The position numbers were made by a program, and so were the translations under genes. A stretch of DNA of 64,000 nucleotides from Calditrichota bacterium (GTDB lineage Bacteria; Calditrichota; Calditrichia; Calditrichales; J004): positions 27,738-91,737 of the forward strand of contig JAJRVW010000222.1 of NCBI GenBank assembly GCA_024277115.1, written 5' to 3'. The notes beneath the pieces were generated by a model that made no database searches, was not told where the DNA came from, and saw only the letters and a program-made list of their open reading frames with translations. Within the stretch, counting starts at the first letter, position 1; the number at the start of each line of letters is the position of its first letter. Shown in pieces: positions 19,275 to 29,477 of this stretch.

Positions 19275-20804
19275 TTAAAGGATACTTTTGGGCACCAGCC
19301 AGCGTGTCCAGGCTTTGAACCTTTTCCACCATCCAGCCTTCGAGTCCGGATTAGATTCCAACGTCGTTTCCCAGGCATTTTCCGGTAAAAATTCTTCATC
19401 CATAACTTTTAAAAGATTTTCGGATACCTTTTTTGAATCCATGATCACCACACATTCCGTATTTAAGTTGGCGCTGCGTGGGTCCAGGTTAAAAGTACCG
19501 ATAACCGCAATATGTCCATCAACGACCATGGATTTGGCATGAAGCCCAAAGGTGGGCGTGTAATCCAATTTCTTTTGCAGGGCGCTGGTCATCACTTTGT
19601 AGCGCACAGCTGCGTCGGGCCGGAATTCATAAATCTTTACGCCTGCTTTTAAAAGATCGTCCCGGTTGCGTTGGTAGCCGTTAAAAGCCTCCAAATTGTC
19701 TGTCGAGGCCAGGCTGTTTGTGAGGATGCGTATCTTCACACCCCGTTTTACCGCATCCTTAAAAAGTTTTTGACTTAGTTTGGTTGTGATCAGATAAGGC
19801 GACTGGATCGTTACAGATGATTTTGCATTCTGGATCAATTCGATCAACGCATCGGTAGAAAGTCCACCGCCACTTAAGCCCTGGCTTCCACTGTTTTTGC
19901 CCGGATCGTCCGAGACATAGCGGATGCTGTCCAACCATTGCAGGCTGCCGGATTCCTGGATTGCCTTAAACCCTTGCGGGATATTTTTAACTTTTTGGCG
20001 CACCTGTGGCCAGTAATTTTCCGGGTCGCAGGCATATTGATGCAACCAGTCAAACATAACCTCGGGATGTAAATCCATCTCCTCTACATCCACCAGCTCG
20101 GTGATGGGCCGGCTTAATTCATCTTGCCAAAACTCTTCAAAGGAATGCTGCACGTCCGCAGAAATGCCGCCAAGCAGTAAAACATCGCGGTCCCTGAAAT
20201 TATATTCGTGGTCATAGTCAAAATACTCATCAGCGATATTACGTCCGCCGGTTATTACAATCTTGCCATCCACAATAAAGGTTTTATTGTGCATGCGCTG
20301 GTTAAACCCACGGAAATTTGTAGTTAAGTTGGTAATTTTCGAGATAATGTTTTTACCGATATTTGCGCTGGGATTATAAATTTTAACTTCGATATTTCTG
20401 TGGGAATCCAAGGCTACAATATCCTCCGGCTCGGCATCCACCAGCAAATCGTCCAGCAATAACCGGATTTTCACACCGCGTTCCGCCGCACGTAAAAGAT
20501 AATCGATGGCAATTAAACCCACATTATCCGTTGAGAAAATAAAATACTGAATATCGATGGTTTTCTCGGCATACTCACTCAACCAGGCACGGGACACCAT
20601 GGCCATGTCACCCTCTTCCAGGCTAAACACACCTGTTTTTGTGGCCATTAAATCTGCCACCGGCGCTAATTGGTCGGCGAGGGTAATTGTTGTATCACGA
20701 TGGATTTCCGCACAGAAATCATGATCATACGGCTTAAATACACGTTTAGTGGATGAACATCCAATTAAGAAAATTAAAGTTATCGCTGTTACTATTTTTT
20801 TCAT
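19275..20804 (-). CDS. Phospholipase D family lipoprotein (two HKD motifs)
   Basis: Lipoprotein signal (LIFLIGCSS). HKD motifs HNKTFIVDGKIVITGGRNI and HAKSMVVDGHIAVIGTFNLDPRS. Confidence 0.85.
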   Translation of the reverse strand: MKKIVTAITLIFLIGCSSTKRVFKPYDHDFCAEIHRDTTITLADQLAPVADLMATKTGVFSLEEGDMAMVSRAWLSEYAEKTIDIQYFIFSTDNVGLIAIDYLLRAAERGVKIRLLLDDLLVDAEPEDIVALDSHRNIEVKIYNPSANIGKNIISKITNLTTNFRGFNQRMHNKTFIVDGKIVITGGRNIADEYFDYDHEYNFRDRDVLLLGGISADVQHSFEEFWQDELSRPITELVDVEEMDLHPEVMFDWLHQYACDPENYWPQVRQKVKNIPQGFKAIQESGSLQWLDSIRYVSDDPGKNSGSQGLSGGGLSTDALIELIQNAKSSVTIQSPYLITTKLSQKLFKDAVKRGVKIRILTNSLASTDNLEAFNGYQRNRDDLLKAGVKIYEFRPDAAVRYKVMTSALQKKLDYTPTFGLHAKSMVVDGHIAVIGTFNLDPRSANLNTECVVIMDSKKVSENLLKVMDEEFLPENAWETTLESNPDSKAGWWKRFKAWTRWLVPKSIL

Positions 20805-20857
20805 TTTAATCTCTTTTTGCTAATATCATATTTTGAATCTGTTTCCAAGACTTCTTT

Positions 20858-21394
20858 TTACCCTTTGCACATTTCATAAAGTTTGTTTACGGTCCGCCAA
20901 TTCCGGCCGGTTGCCCTTACTTTTAATTTTCTTTCCAAAGTATTATTGTCCAGTTTGGATTTTCCTGCACCGGCAGGCAAGTACATATAAATATGCCCGT
21001 CCTTAAACACAATTTCATCTTGCGGGGTTTTAAGCTTTTCAATTTCATCGAGAGGTATAAGGGGAGGTTTTTCTGCCAGAAAAACAACAAACAAGCGGTT
21101 CAGTTCACGTTCTCCTTTAAAAGGCAGATCATCAATAATACTTTTTATTTCATCTTTATTGCGTATCTGGACCGGTACATCAAAGCCATACCTCTGCTTG
21201 ATGGCTTCTTCAATACGTGCAATTAATTTTAACCGGTCCGGTTCATCGGATTTAAAAACCACATTCCCGCTTTGGATGTAGGTTTGCACCGCATCAAAAC
21301 CCAACGATTCATAAAGTTGTTTTAACTCGGCCATTTTAATCAGCTTTTGGCCGCTTACATTAATACCACGCAATAGGGAAATATATGCTGTCAT
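20858..21394 (-). CDS. DUF1697 domain protein
   Basis: N-terminus YISLLRGINVSGQKLIKMAELKQLYESLGF...IQSGNVVF matches the DUF1697 signature. Confidence 0.8.
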   Translation of the reverse strand: MTAYISLLRGINVSGQKLIKMAELKQLYESLGFDAVQTYIQSGNVVFKSDEPDRLKLIARIEEAIKQRYGFDVPVQIRNKDEIKSIIDDLPFKGERELNRLFVVFLAEKPPLIPLDEIEKLKTPQDEIVFKDGHIYMYLPAGAGKSKLDNNTLERKLKVRATGRNWRTVNKLYEMCKG

Positions 21395-21482
21395 TTATAA
21401 ACTCTGGGAGGAAGTTGGTGTTTTAGGTTGAGTAAATCTAACCGACGGGGTGCGAACAGGCAAATATTTAACGGTTTTTATT

Positions 21483-21530
21483 AAAAGAAGAAAGCCCTGT
21501 TCGGGTAGACAGAACAAGGCCTTCTTTTTG
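21483..21530 (-). terminator. Intrinsic terminator-like hairpin downstream of 21549..22139
   Basis: gaaagccctgttc / gaacaaggccttc stem (11 of 13 bp) with T-rich runs on both strands. Confidence 0.5.
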
Positions 21531-21548
21531 AGGGGAAAATAAAGAGGT

Positions 21549-22139
21549 TTAATCAGCGATGGCATAACCAAAAATAAGCGAAATACGGTTCCCTTTTGGG
21601 TTGGTTGTAAAAACCAGGTTTATGGGGATACTTACGCCACTGTAATTAATAGATTTGCCGACTGCTATGGTGAGCGCTGAAAGGATGGGTTCCACTTTCT
21701 TTCCATCCTCTTTGACTTTTTCCAACTCGTCCATGCCTAACATCAAATTGGGCCCTAATCCAAACTCAATCCCATTCGGCAAACGGATACCCATTGCAAG
21801 CGTTACGCTCGGGATTAACTTTCCATACTCTACGCCGGCAACCATCGGGACAGCCTCGATTATAAAAGAAGGGCCGCCACCTTTAGGAACGATCTGATAT
21901 TCAAAATGCCAACCAAACTGACTAAGAGTCGTACCAATCCCAACCTTGTCCAACTTATTTACAAGCTCGCCCTGGCCCGGGATGTAGGTTATGCCCAGGC
22001 GCGGCCCACTTAAATTGCGCTCGCGAAACTCAACCGGCGTGTCATAATCAAATGATTGTGCCGAAAGGGGAACGATAAGAAACAGGGCTAAAATAATCCC
22101 TAAAAAAAGTGATTTAAAAGTTCTTGATTTGACTAACAT
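21549..22139 (-). CDS. Hypothetical outer-membrane beta-barrel protein
   Basis: Signal peptide (LFLGIILALFLIVPLSAQS). Gly/aromatic-rich beta pattern. No named motif recognised. Confidence 0.5.
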   Translation of the reverse strand: MLVKSRTFKSLFLGIILALFLIVPLSAQSFDYDTPVEFRERNLSGPRLGITYIPGQGELVNKLDKVGIGTTLSQFGWHFEYQIVPKGGGPSFIIEAVPMVAGVEYGKLIPSVTLAMGIRLPNGIEFGLGPNLMLGMDELEKVKEDGKKVEPILSALTIAVGKSINYSGVSIPINLVFTTNPKGNRISLIFGYAIAD

Positions 22140-22335
22140 AATTTCCTCCTATGATTTTTGAATTAGTAAAAACTAATTTTATTTGTAGCCCGGTTTGTCA
22201 GGCTAATGTTAAATATTGTCAAAGTTTTGTTAAACATTTGAATCCCAATAAACAGCTCAGACATTTCTTTCTGCACACAAAAGCGATTATGGGAACGATA
22301 ATAATCATAAAGCGAACCCACCAGAATCAAATACA

Positions 22336-22931
22336 TTACACCCACATCCACTGAAAACCTTTGAAGGCAACCCACCCCAAAACGGCTCCCGGGGCCAAAT
22401 CATAAAAATAGTGTTGTTTTGTATAGAGGGCGCTTAAGGCAATGAGCAGCGGGAAAATCCAGGCCCAGGGCGCAAGAAAAGGCGCATTGTAAATTAAATG
22501 CAGGGATGTTAAAGTCGCGACACTCACATGCATACTCGGGAAACAATTGGAACGCGCGTCGATACTTTGTACCAATTTTAAAAACCGGACGCTCACACTT
22601 TTACTTTTTGGCAATTCACGCCAATGGTGCGGCGTTACAACCGGCACGAGGATAAAAAAGGCCATTTGCATGAGCATCAGCATAAAAAACTGATCGCCAT
22701 ATAATTAAACTGGCGCATATCCTGAACCACATAAATAAGCAAAACAATAACCGGGTAATACAAGCCCGAATAAACATAAACCCAGCCCGGCCTCATTTTA
22801 AAAAATGCGTCGATGCGCGTGGCCTTAAACTCACGCGCTTCCCGGAAACTGTTTTTTTGCGTCCAGAAATAGAACTGGTAGATACCGATGATCAGGATAA
22901 TTGTAATTAAAAAACAAACCAGGTAATCCAT
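22336..22931 (-). pseudogene. PAP2-superfamily membrane phosphatase/transferase split by a frameshift at a T6 run
   Basis: ORFs 22677..22931 and 22336..22683 overlap by 7 nt. PAP2-like motifs FPSMHVSVA and HYFYD lie in the downstream part. On the coding strand ...ATC AGT TTTTTT ATG CTG..., one extra T (plus-strand A-run 22684..22689) would join AISFF-MLMLMQMAFFIL. Confidence 0.6.
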
Positions 22932-23044
22932 TGAATCCTCCTAAGAATTAATCAAACATTCAGGAGAAAAATAGGTTATCCGCACAGAGGGGATGTCAGG
23001 AAAATGTAATTGTGATGTAAAAAATTGTAAGGGGATTATTTGGA

Positions 23045-23737
23045 TTACTTTAAAAACTTATAACCTGAGCCGTGCATGGTCAGTAAATGCTCCGGATTGG
23101 CCGGGTCGTCTTCAATTTTTTTACGCAGGTTTAAGATTAAATTATCGACCGTACGTGTTGTGGGGAAAACATCATAGCCCCAAACCTCGTTTAAAAGTTG
23201 ATCACGCGATACCACCTCGCCTTCATGCTCAATAAAAAAGCGGATCACCTCAAACTCCTTTGAGGAAAGTTTGACCGGCTCACTGTTTTTATAAGCCTCG
23301 AGGCGTTTAAAATCGAGCGTGATATTGCCAAAGGTAAAAGCGTTTAATTTTTGAGAAAGACCCGTGGACCGGCGCAACAAGGCTTTTACCCGTGCCAACA
23401 ACTCGCGGATACTTGGCGGTTTGGTTACATAGTCATCCGCGCCAAGCTCCAATAACAGCACTTTGTCGATTTCATCTTGTTTGCTGGAAAGGATAAGAAT
23501 TGGTGTCACAACTTCATTTTTACGCAGATCGCTGCAAATATCTTTTCCGTTTTTGCCTGGCAACATTAAATCCAAAATGATCAGGTCAATATCCGTTTGC
23601 AGGGCTTTTTCGTAGCCTTCAAGGCCATCGCTTGCCGAAATAAGGTTGTAGTGTTCTTCTTCAAAACTGGCCTGCAAAGCTTGTAATATAGCCGGATCGT
23701 CTTCGATAATTAAAATAGTGCTCATCAGTATCTCCAT
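23045..23737 (-). CDS. OmpR/PhoB-family response regulator
   Basis: Receiver (ILIIEDDPAIL, LIILDLMLPGKNG, YVTKP) plus winged-helix output (LSSKEFEVIRFFIEHEGEVVSRDQLL...VDNLILNLRKKIE). The alternative ATG at 23725 has a GGAG 6 nt upstream. Confidence 0.9.
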   Translation of the reverse strand: MEILMSTILIIEDDPAILQALQASFEEEHYNLISASDGLEGYEKALQTDIDLIILDLMLPGKNGKDICSDLRKNEVVTPILILSSKQDEIDKVLLLELGADDYVTKPPSIRELLARVKALLRRSTGLSQKLNAFTFGNITLDFKRLEAYKNSEPVKLSSKEFEVIRFFIEHEGEVVSRDQLLNEVWGYDVFPTTRTVDNLILNLRKKIEDDPANPEHLLTMHGSGYKFLK

Positions 23738-23740
23738 TGC

Positions 23741-26215
23741 TTATTTTATATTAAGGGGAAAACTTAAAATAAAAACGGTCCCTTCGCCCAATTTGCTTTC
23801 AACCTCAATTGTCCCTTTGTGCGCCTTTACTACATGGGCAACCAAACTTAACCCCAACCCCACACCACCGGAACTTTGGACACTTTCATCCTGCGAACGA
23901 TAAAATGTATCAAAGATGTGCTGCTGATCCTCGTTCGAAATTCCAATGCCCATATCGGCAATTTTAATAATCACGTGGCCATCTTTCAATTCTGTAGATA
24001 TGTGTATTTCTTTTTGTTTATCAGAATACTTAATCGAGTTCGTCAGAACATTTATAAAACCCGAACAAAGCGCATCTTCGTCGGCAGATAAAATTATATC
24101 TTTTTCTAAAAAGTCGGTTTTAACTCTAAATTGACGTTGCTTAAACTGATAATCCATTAGGTGCAGGACATCTTTTAGCACCTTGTTTAAACTGATTTCC
24201 CTAAAATTATAAGCCGTGTTTCCTCGTTCAATCTTTGAAAAATCCAATACGTTTTTTATTAAACGCGAGAGTCGTGCACTTTCGCCTTCAATAATTTTTA
24301 AATATTCTTTTTGTTTTTCTTTTGGGATATTTTCTTTTTCAGCCAATAACTCGGCAAACATTTTGATGGAAGTTAGCGGCGATTGCAAATCATGCGAAAC
24401 ACCGGAGACGAAATAGGATTTTAGACGGTTGAGCTCGTTTAACCTTTCTGTTTCAAGATTTTTTAACAGAAGCTGTTTTTGAAGCTCTGTTCTTTGCAAG
24501 GCCAAACCAAGTTGAATTCCAATTGTTTTTAAAAGGTCTATATCTTCGAGCGTAAATTTTTGCCCGGACTTTTTACGGCCCAAAATCAACATCCCGATTA
24601 TTTCTGCCGTTGGGGATTTTAACGGGACTATCAAACATTTACCGGCTATCTTTAAATTTTTCTTATCCAGCGCTTCAAACGGAATGCCTGATTCCAACAT
24701 ATTAAAATAACTTAAAACAGCCTTTGATGAGTTTTGCGCATAAACAACCAAATCGTCGATTATCTCCCCGGGAAATCGGCCAAAATTTTTACTTGCTGAT
24801 ATTTCCCACACACCTTGTTCGTTTTTTATATAAAATCCGGAAAATTTCACCTGCAATAAATCGTCTATCCGGCGGATTGTCATTTGTACGATGCTTTCTT
24901 TATCCAGGCTTGTGTTTAATTCCTGTGTAAATTTTTGTTGTGCAAGACGATAATTATAACGCACCCTGAAAAATTTCTGATCAACCATTTTTTGCAGAAA
25001 ACGGCGTAGGGGTTCAAATATCAACGGTGTTAGGATGGCCGCCACTACCGTTGTAACCAGCGATGACTCTACTGTAATAAAACCAATAAACAAAACAGAA
25101 AGTCCAACCAGCGCGGCATACATCACCAAAAGGATTAATGCTGTGAAAAAATAAACCGAGCTTCTACGGAAAATATGGTCAATATCGAAAACATGGTATT
25201 TCACAATCGCGATACTAAAAGTAACCGGGACAATTAACATTACAAGAACAATTGTAAACTCTGGAACGATTAAATCAACCGAGAAAACCTGAGGTAGCTG
25301 CCACAAAAAAACAAACGCCGGCGGCCCAATCGCCAGACCAAAAACGACCCAGCGTATCTGCCTGCGCTCCGATTCCTCCTGCGCATGAATTGAAGAATGA
25401 AAAATATTTGCCACGCCAAAGGTCATAGCCACGGCAAAATAGAGGCGGTTTAAATTAAATGCGGTTAGAAGGTGGTTAAACCAATCAAGCGAAACAGTGG
25501 AAGAAGCCATCAGGAACGTACCGCAAAGCGTAATGGCCAATGCCGTCGAGAAACCATATAAAAGATAGCTTAGCTTTTTTAAATTTTGCCATTTATAACG
25601 CGGGAAAACAAAACTTAGATGGATAAATAACGAAGGCACAAAAGCATAGGCAATAAAGAAAAACAATCGTGTAAACTGCCCGATACTAAACTCCCCGGCA
25701 GAATATGTTCCCCATGTTGAGGTGATTATAATTGCCGTCCCAACAGAAGCCCAATGCCAAACATTGGCCATTACAAGTTCCGGGCGTTTGTAGATGACAA
25801 AAACCCCAAAAATAAAAAAGATCAGCCCTACAATGGTTTGGGCGGTGTTATCGATCCAATTATAGTAAAAAGGAAGTTCGATTTTTAAATGGATTTGCTG
25901 CCCATGACGAAGGACTAAAAAGGAAACAATATCACCTTCTGAATAGGAATCCAGGACAAATTCAATCTCTTCTTTGGAGGAAATAGCATGGCCTGCAATG
26001 GCAATAAGTTTGTCCCCCGTTGCAAAATATTTGGTTAGTCCGGGCGAGATAATTTTATTTACATACAACCCGTCTTTTTCCACATTAAAAGAAATATGTT
26101 TTTCGGGGCTGAGGCCGGCCTTTTGTATAATCCGGGTGAGCCCAAGGATGCAAATAATAAGGAGTAAAAAATCTACAACAAATATACGGGAAAGTTTTTT
26201 CCTTAAGTCGTCCAT
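23741..26215 (-). CDS. Sensor histidine kinase (PDZ-like, multi-TM, GAF-like, HisKA, HATPase_c)
   Basis: N-terminal PDZ-like segment (GDKLIAIAGHAISSKEEIEFVL). About 8 hydrophobic helices. H-box YFVSGVSHDLQSPLTSI. ATPase boxes NVLTNSIKYS, DMGIGIS, GGVGLGLSLV. Confidence 0.85.
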   Translation of the reverse strand: MDDLRKKLSRIFVVDFLLLIICILGLTRIIQKAGLSPEKHISFNVEKDGLYVNKIISPGLTKYFATGDKLIAIAGHAISSKEEIEFVLDSYSEGDIVSFLVLRHGQQIHLKIELPFYYNWIDNTAQTIVGLIFFIFGVFVIYKRPELVMANVWHWASVGTAIIITSTWGTYSAGEFSIGQFTRLFFFIAYAFVPSLFIHLSFVFPRYKWQNLKKLSYLLYGFSTALAITLCGTFLMASSTVSLDWFNHLLTAFNLNRLYFAVAMTFGVANIFHSSIHAQEESERRQIRWVVFGLAIGPPAFVFLWQLPQVFSVDLIVPEFTIVLVMLIVPVTFSIAIVKYHVFDIDHIFRRSSVYFFTALILLVMYAALVGLSVLFIGFITVESSLVTTVVAAILTPLIFEPLRRFLQKMVDQKFFRVRYNYRLAQQKFTQELNTSLDKESIVQMTIRRIDDLLQVKFSGFYIKNEQGVWEISASKNFGRFPGEIIDDLVVYAQNSSKAVLSYFNMLESGIPFEALDKKNLKIAGKCLIVPLKSPTAEIIGMLILGRKKSGQKFTLEDIDLLKTIGIQLGLALQRTELQKQLLLKNLETERLNELNRLKSYFVSGVSHDLQSPLTSIKMFAELLAEKENIPKEKQKEYLKIIEGESARLSRLIKNVLDFSKIERGNTAYNFREISLNKVLKDVLHLMDYQFKQRQFRVKTDFLEKDIILSADEDALCSGFINVLTNSIKYSDKQKEIHISTELKDGHVIIKIADMGIGISNEDQQHIFDTFYRSQDESVQSSGGVGLGLSLVAHVVKAHKGTIEVESKLGEGTVFILSFPLNIK

Positions 26216-26270
26216 ACCAGAAATGTAAGGATTTATATCGTTTTTGGATAGTAAAAAATTATATGGTTAA

Positions 26271-26989
26271 ATGGCGGGTAGGAGCTGACTCCTGTTAGCA
26301 AATATTAATTTAGACCATAACCTGTTGAAGGATGGTTTGCGCACTTGGGAAAGTGCCTCTACCTTCAGGCCAGGCACAGTAATACATATCAAAACGTACT
26401 TTGGAAACCACACTTACCGGCATCTGCATATTTTTCCCGGCAGATGATTCCTTCCGCATCTCGGATTCAACAAAAAAAGGTAGGAGCTGACTCCTGTCAG
26501 CGAATATTAATTTAGACCATAACCTGCGGAAGGATGATTTGCGCACTTGGGAAAGTGCTTCTACCTTCAGGCCAGGCACAGTAATACATATCAAAACGTA
26601 CTTTGGAAACCACGCCTACCGGCATCTGCATATTTTTCCCGGCAGATGATTCCTTCCGCCTATCGGATTCAACAAAAAAGGTAGGCGCTGACTCCTGTCA
26701 GCGAATATTAAATTTATATCATAACCTGCTGAAGGATGGTTTGCGCACTTAGGAAAGTGCTCCTACCTTCAGGCCAGGCGCTGTAATACATTTCAAAACG
26801 TACTTTGGAAACCACGCTTGCCGGCAGATGATTCCTTCCGCCTATCGGATTCAACAAAAAAGGTAGGAGCTGACTCCTGTCAGCGAATATTAATTTAGAC
26901 CATAACCTGCTGAAGGATGGTTTGCGCGCTTAGGAAAGTGCTCCTGCATTATAGATTCTCTCGCTTTGGAAAGCGCTCCTACCCGCCAT
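26271..26989. repeat. Tandem array of ~200-bp non-coding units (about 3.6 copies) bracketed by a 15-bp inverted repeat
   Basis: Units begin with ggtagg at 26277, 26479, 26680 and 26862 (periods 202, 201, 182). atggcgggtaggagc (26271..26285) is the exact reverse complement of gctcctacccgccat (26975..26989). Conserved hairpins occur in every unit. Confidence 0.9.
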
Positions 26990-26996
26990 CGGCAAG

Positions 26997-28457
26997 TTAT
27001 TCCCAGGTGGTGCCTTCGCGTGTATCTTTTAGGGTTATGCCCAATTCTGTAAGCTTATTTCGTATTTCATCGGCCAGGGCAAAGTTTTTCTCCGCGCGTA
27101 GTTGTGCCCGTAAACTGATCAATAATTCCATTACACCGTCCATTTTATCAGAGGAAGTTTCCTCTTTCTCAAAACTCTCCGGCAATAAACCCAGCACATC
27201 ATCTAAAAGGGATTTTAAAACGGATGTCAGTTTTTCCAGCGTTGGGACTGATAACTTATCAGGCTCGCGTTCAATCCAGGAAGCTGTTTTTTTGATAAAA
27301 TCAAATGTGGCCGCAATAGCGCGCGGTGTGTTAAAATCATCATCCATCGCCTCTTGAAAAGCAGCTTCATAAGCTTCAATCTCTTTTTCAAAAGCGTCGT
27401 CTGTTTTTTCGGATAAAGCTTTGGAAGTAAAAACCTTTTCCACAACCGTATATATTTTTTGCAACCCTTTTTCTGCCGCTTGCAGTGCTGTTTCGCTAAA
27501 ATCGAGCGTGGCGCGGTAATGACTGGTTAAAATAAAAAATCGAATAGCCAGTGGCGGATAGCTCTCTAAGGCCGCTTTTAAGGTTTTAAAATTCCCCAGC
27601 GATTTGCCCATTTTCACACCATCGACATTGACCATATTATTGTGCATCCAGTACTTCACAAAAGGTTTGCCATTGGCCGCCTCACTTTGGGCAATTTCCG
27701 ATTCATGATGCGGGAATTTGTTTTCCATACCGCCACCGTGGATATCGAAAGTCTCGCCCAAATATTTGTTGGACATGCAGGAGCATTCCAAATGCCAGCC
27801 GGGATAGCCTTTGCCCCAGGGACTGTTCCAGCGCATCAGATGGGTTGGATCGGCTTTTTTCCAGAGGGCAAAATCCGCCGCGTTGCGTTTATCGCTTTTT
27901 ACCTCAACACGGTGCCCTTCACGCATTTCATCCACCGAGCGGCCAGATAGCTTGCCATAATCCTTAAACTTTTCCACCTCAAAATAAACATTGCCATCGG
28001 CCTCGTAGGCATACCCTTTTTCCATCAAAGTTTGGATCATCTCCACTTGCTCCGGGATATGACCGGATGCCCGCGGTGAAATATCCGGGCGCAACACATT
28101 TAAAACATCCATGTCCTCAAAATAACTTCGGGTATAATTTTCAACCACTTCCATCGGCTCCAATCGCTCCAACCGGGCCTGCTCGGCAATTTTATCTTCG
28201 CCCTCGTCCGCGTCACTTTGCAGATGGCCCACATCGGTAATATTTTGAACATAGCGCACCTTATACCCCAAATGCCTGAAATAACGCACGATCACATCAA
28301 AGCTGATGTAACTTTTGGCATGGCCCAAATGCGAATCGCCATAAACCGTTGGCCCGCATACATAAATGCCTACAAAACCCGGGTTGATGGGAACAAATTC
28401 TTCTTTTTTACGAGAGAGCGTGTTGTATAAAACCAGATTGTTTTCTTTTAAGCCCAT
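26997..28457 (-). CDS. cysS: Cysteine--tRNA ligase
   Basis: Class I HIGH (GDSHLGHA) and KMSKS (KMGKSLGN) motifs. Full length, 486 aa. Confidence 0.97.
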   Translation of the reverse strand: MGLKENNLVLYNTLSRKKEEFVPINPGFVGIYVCGPTVYGDSHLGHAKSYISFDVIVRYFRHLGYKVRYVQNITDVGHLQSDADEGEDKIAEQARLERLEPMEVVENYTRSYFEDMDVLNVLRPDISPRASGHIPEQVEMIQTLMEKGYAYEADGNVYFEVEKFKDYGKLSGRSVDEMREGHRVEVKSDKRNAADFALWKKADPTHLMRWNSPWGKGYPGWHLECSCMSNKYLGETFDIHGGGMENKFPHHESEIAQSEAANGKPFVKYWMHNNMVNVDGVKMGKSLGNFKTLKAALESYPPLAIRFFILTSHYRATLDFSETALQAAEKGLQKIYTVVEKVFTSKALSEKTDDAFEKEIEAYEAAFQEAMDDDFNTPRAIAATFDFIKKTASWIEREPDKLSVPTLEKLTSVLKSLLDDVLGLLPESFEKEETSSDKMDGVMELLISLRAQLRAEKNFALADEIRNKLTELGITLKDTREGTTWE

Positions 28458-28459
28458 GA

Positions 28460-29431
28460 TTATTTTATCGCTTCCTGTACTATTTTTTCAACTAATTTTT
28501 CAAAGCTATATCCCGCCTCTTTGGCCGCCTTTGGGAATAAACTTGTTTCGGTCATGCCCGGTAATGTGTTAGCCTCCAATATATTCAGCCGATTCTCTTC
28601 ATCCACCAAAAAATCAATCCGTGCGTAACCTTTGCAGCCTAACAGTCCGTACATTTTGCAAGCATAGTCTTGTATTTTTTCCGTTATTTTTTGATCTAAT
28701 TGTGCGGGCACCTCATAGCTGCTCATGCCCGGCGTATATTTGCATTCGTAATCGTACATATCGTGTGTTGGTTTGATATGCACCAAAGGCAACGCTTGCC
28801 CGTCCAACACACCGGCCGCAATTTCTTTACCAGAGATAAATTCCTCGATTAAAACTTTTTTTCCATATTCAAAGGCAAATTTAAGGGCCTCTTCCATTTT
28901 GTCATCATTTTGTAAAACCGTATGTCCCAACGACGAGCCACCATCAGCCGGTTTAACAATCACCGGGAAATTCAGTTCTTTTAAATTGATTGTTTCATCG
29001 GCGTTGCGGACAGCAATTGATTTTGCTGTGGGCAGGCAGGCTTGCAGCAAAATCATCTTGGAAATCTCTTTATCCATGGCAAGCATGCAGGCCATAGCGC
29101 TCGATCCGGTATATTTTATTTTTAAAGTATCGAGTAAGGTTTGGACCACGCCATTTTCACCATCGCCGCCATGCAGGCCATTAAAAACCAGATCAATGTT
29201 TAACTGGGAGAGTAAAAACAGCTTTGCGTACAGGCCATGCTTTTCTTCAAAACCAGGCATGTTTCCGGGACGAATCTCCAGATCGGCCACAAGTTTTTGC
29301 AAAGGGAGCCCGGTATCGATTGCAAAGACTTTGTGCCCTAATTTCCTCAGGGCATCAACTATATTTTTACCTGAATCCAAAGAGACATCCCGTTCGGGAG
29401 ATGTCCCGCCCAATAAAACGGCTATTTTCAT
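28460..29431 (-). CDS. ddl: D-alanine--D-alanine ligase
   Basis: An internal Met gives the canonical N-terminus MKIAVLLGGTSPERDVSL. ATP-grasp motifs are present. The longer listed ORF would overlap the glnS 3' end. Confidence 0.92.
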   Translation of the reverse strand: MKIAVLLGGTSPERDVSLDSGKNIVDALRKLGHKVFAIDTGLPLQKLVADLEIRPGNMPGFEEKHGLYAKLFLLSQLNIDLVFNGLHGGDGENGVVQTLLDTLKIKYTGSSAMACMLAMDKEISKMILLQACLPTAKSIAVRNADETINLKELNFPVIVKPADGGSSLGHTVLQNDDKMEEALKFAFEYGKKVLIEEFISGKEIAAGVLDGQALPLVHIKPTHDMYDYECKYTPGMSSYEVPAQLDQKITEKIQDYACKMYGLLGCKGYARIDFLVDEENRLNILEANTLPGMTETSLFPKAAKEAGYSFEKLVEKIVQEAIK

Positions 29432-29477
29432 ATTCTTTTCTTTATGGTATTGCAGAGACAAAATGCATCCCCACGGT

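Noticed and set aside
22151-22375. Short ORFs on both strands downstream of the PAP2 gene; the minus-strand one might be a frameshifted C-terminal extension
   Set aside because: There is no recognisable motif, and I cannot show continuity with the PAP2 protein without an ortholog alignment.
23718-23737. CTGATGAG hammerhead-like core on the minus strand
   Set aside because: It is simply the start of the response-regulator coding sequence (ATG GAG ATA CTG ATG AGC). No GAAA/stem partners are nearby.
26310-26594. 94-aa ORF inside the tandem repeats (and 26917..27357, antisense to the cysS 3' end)
   Set aside because: The ORF is an artefact of repeated sequence. Repeat periods of 202/201/182 do not preserve a frame, the composition is not protein-like, and there is no start context.
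26271-26989. Could the repeat array be a CRISPR array?
   Set aside because: The units are ~200 bp and directly abut one another with no unique spacers. No cas genes are nearby. The repeats diverge by point mutations rather than being identical short repeats.
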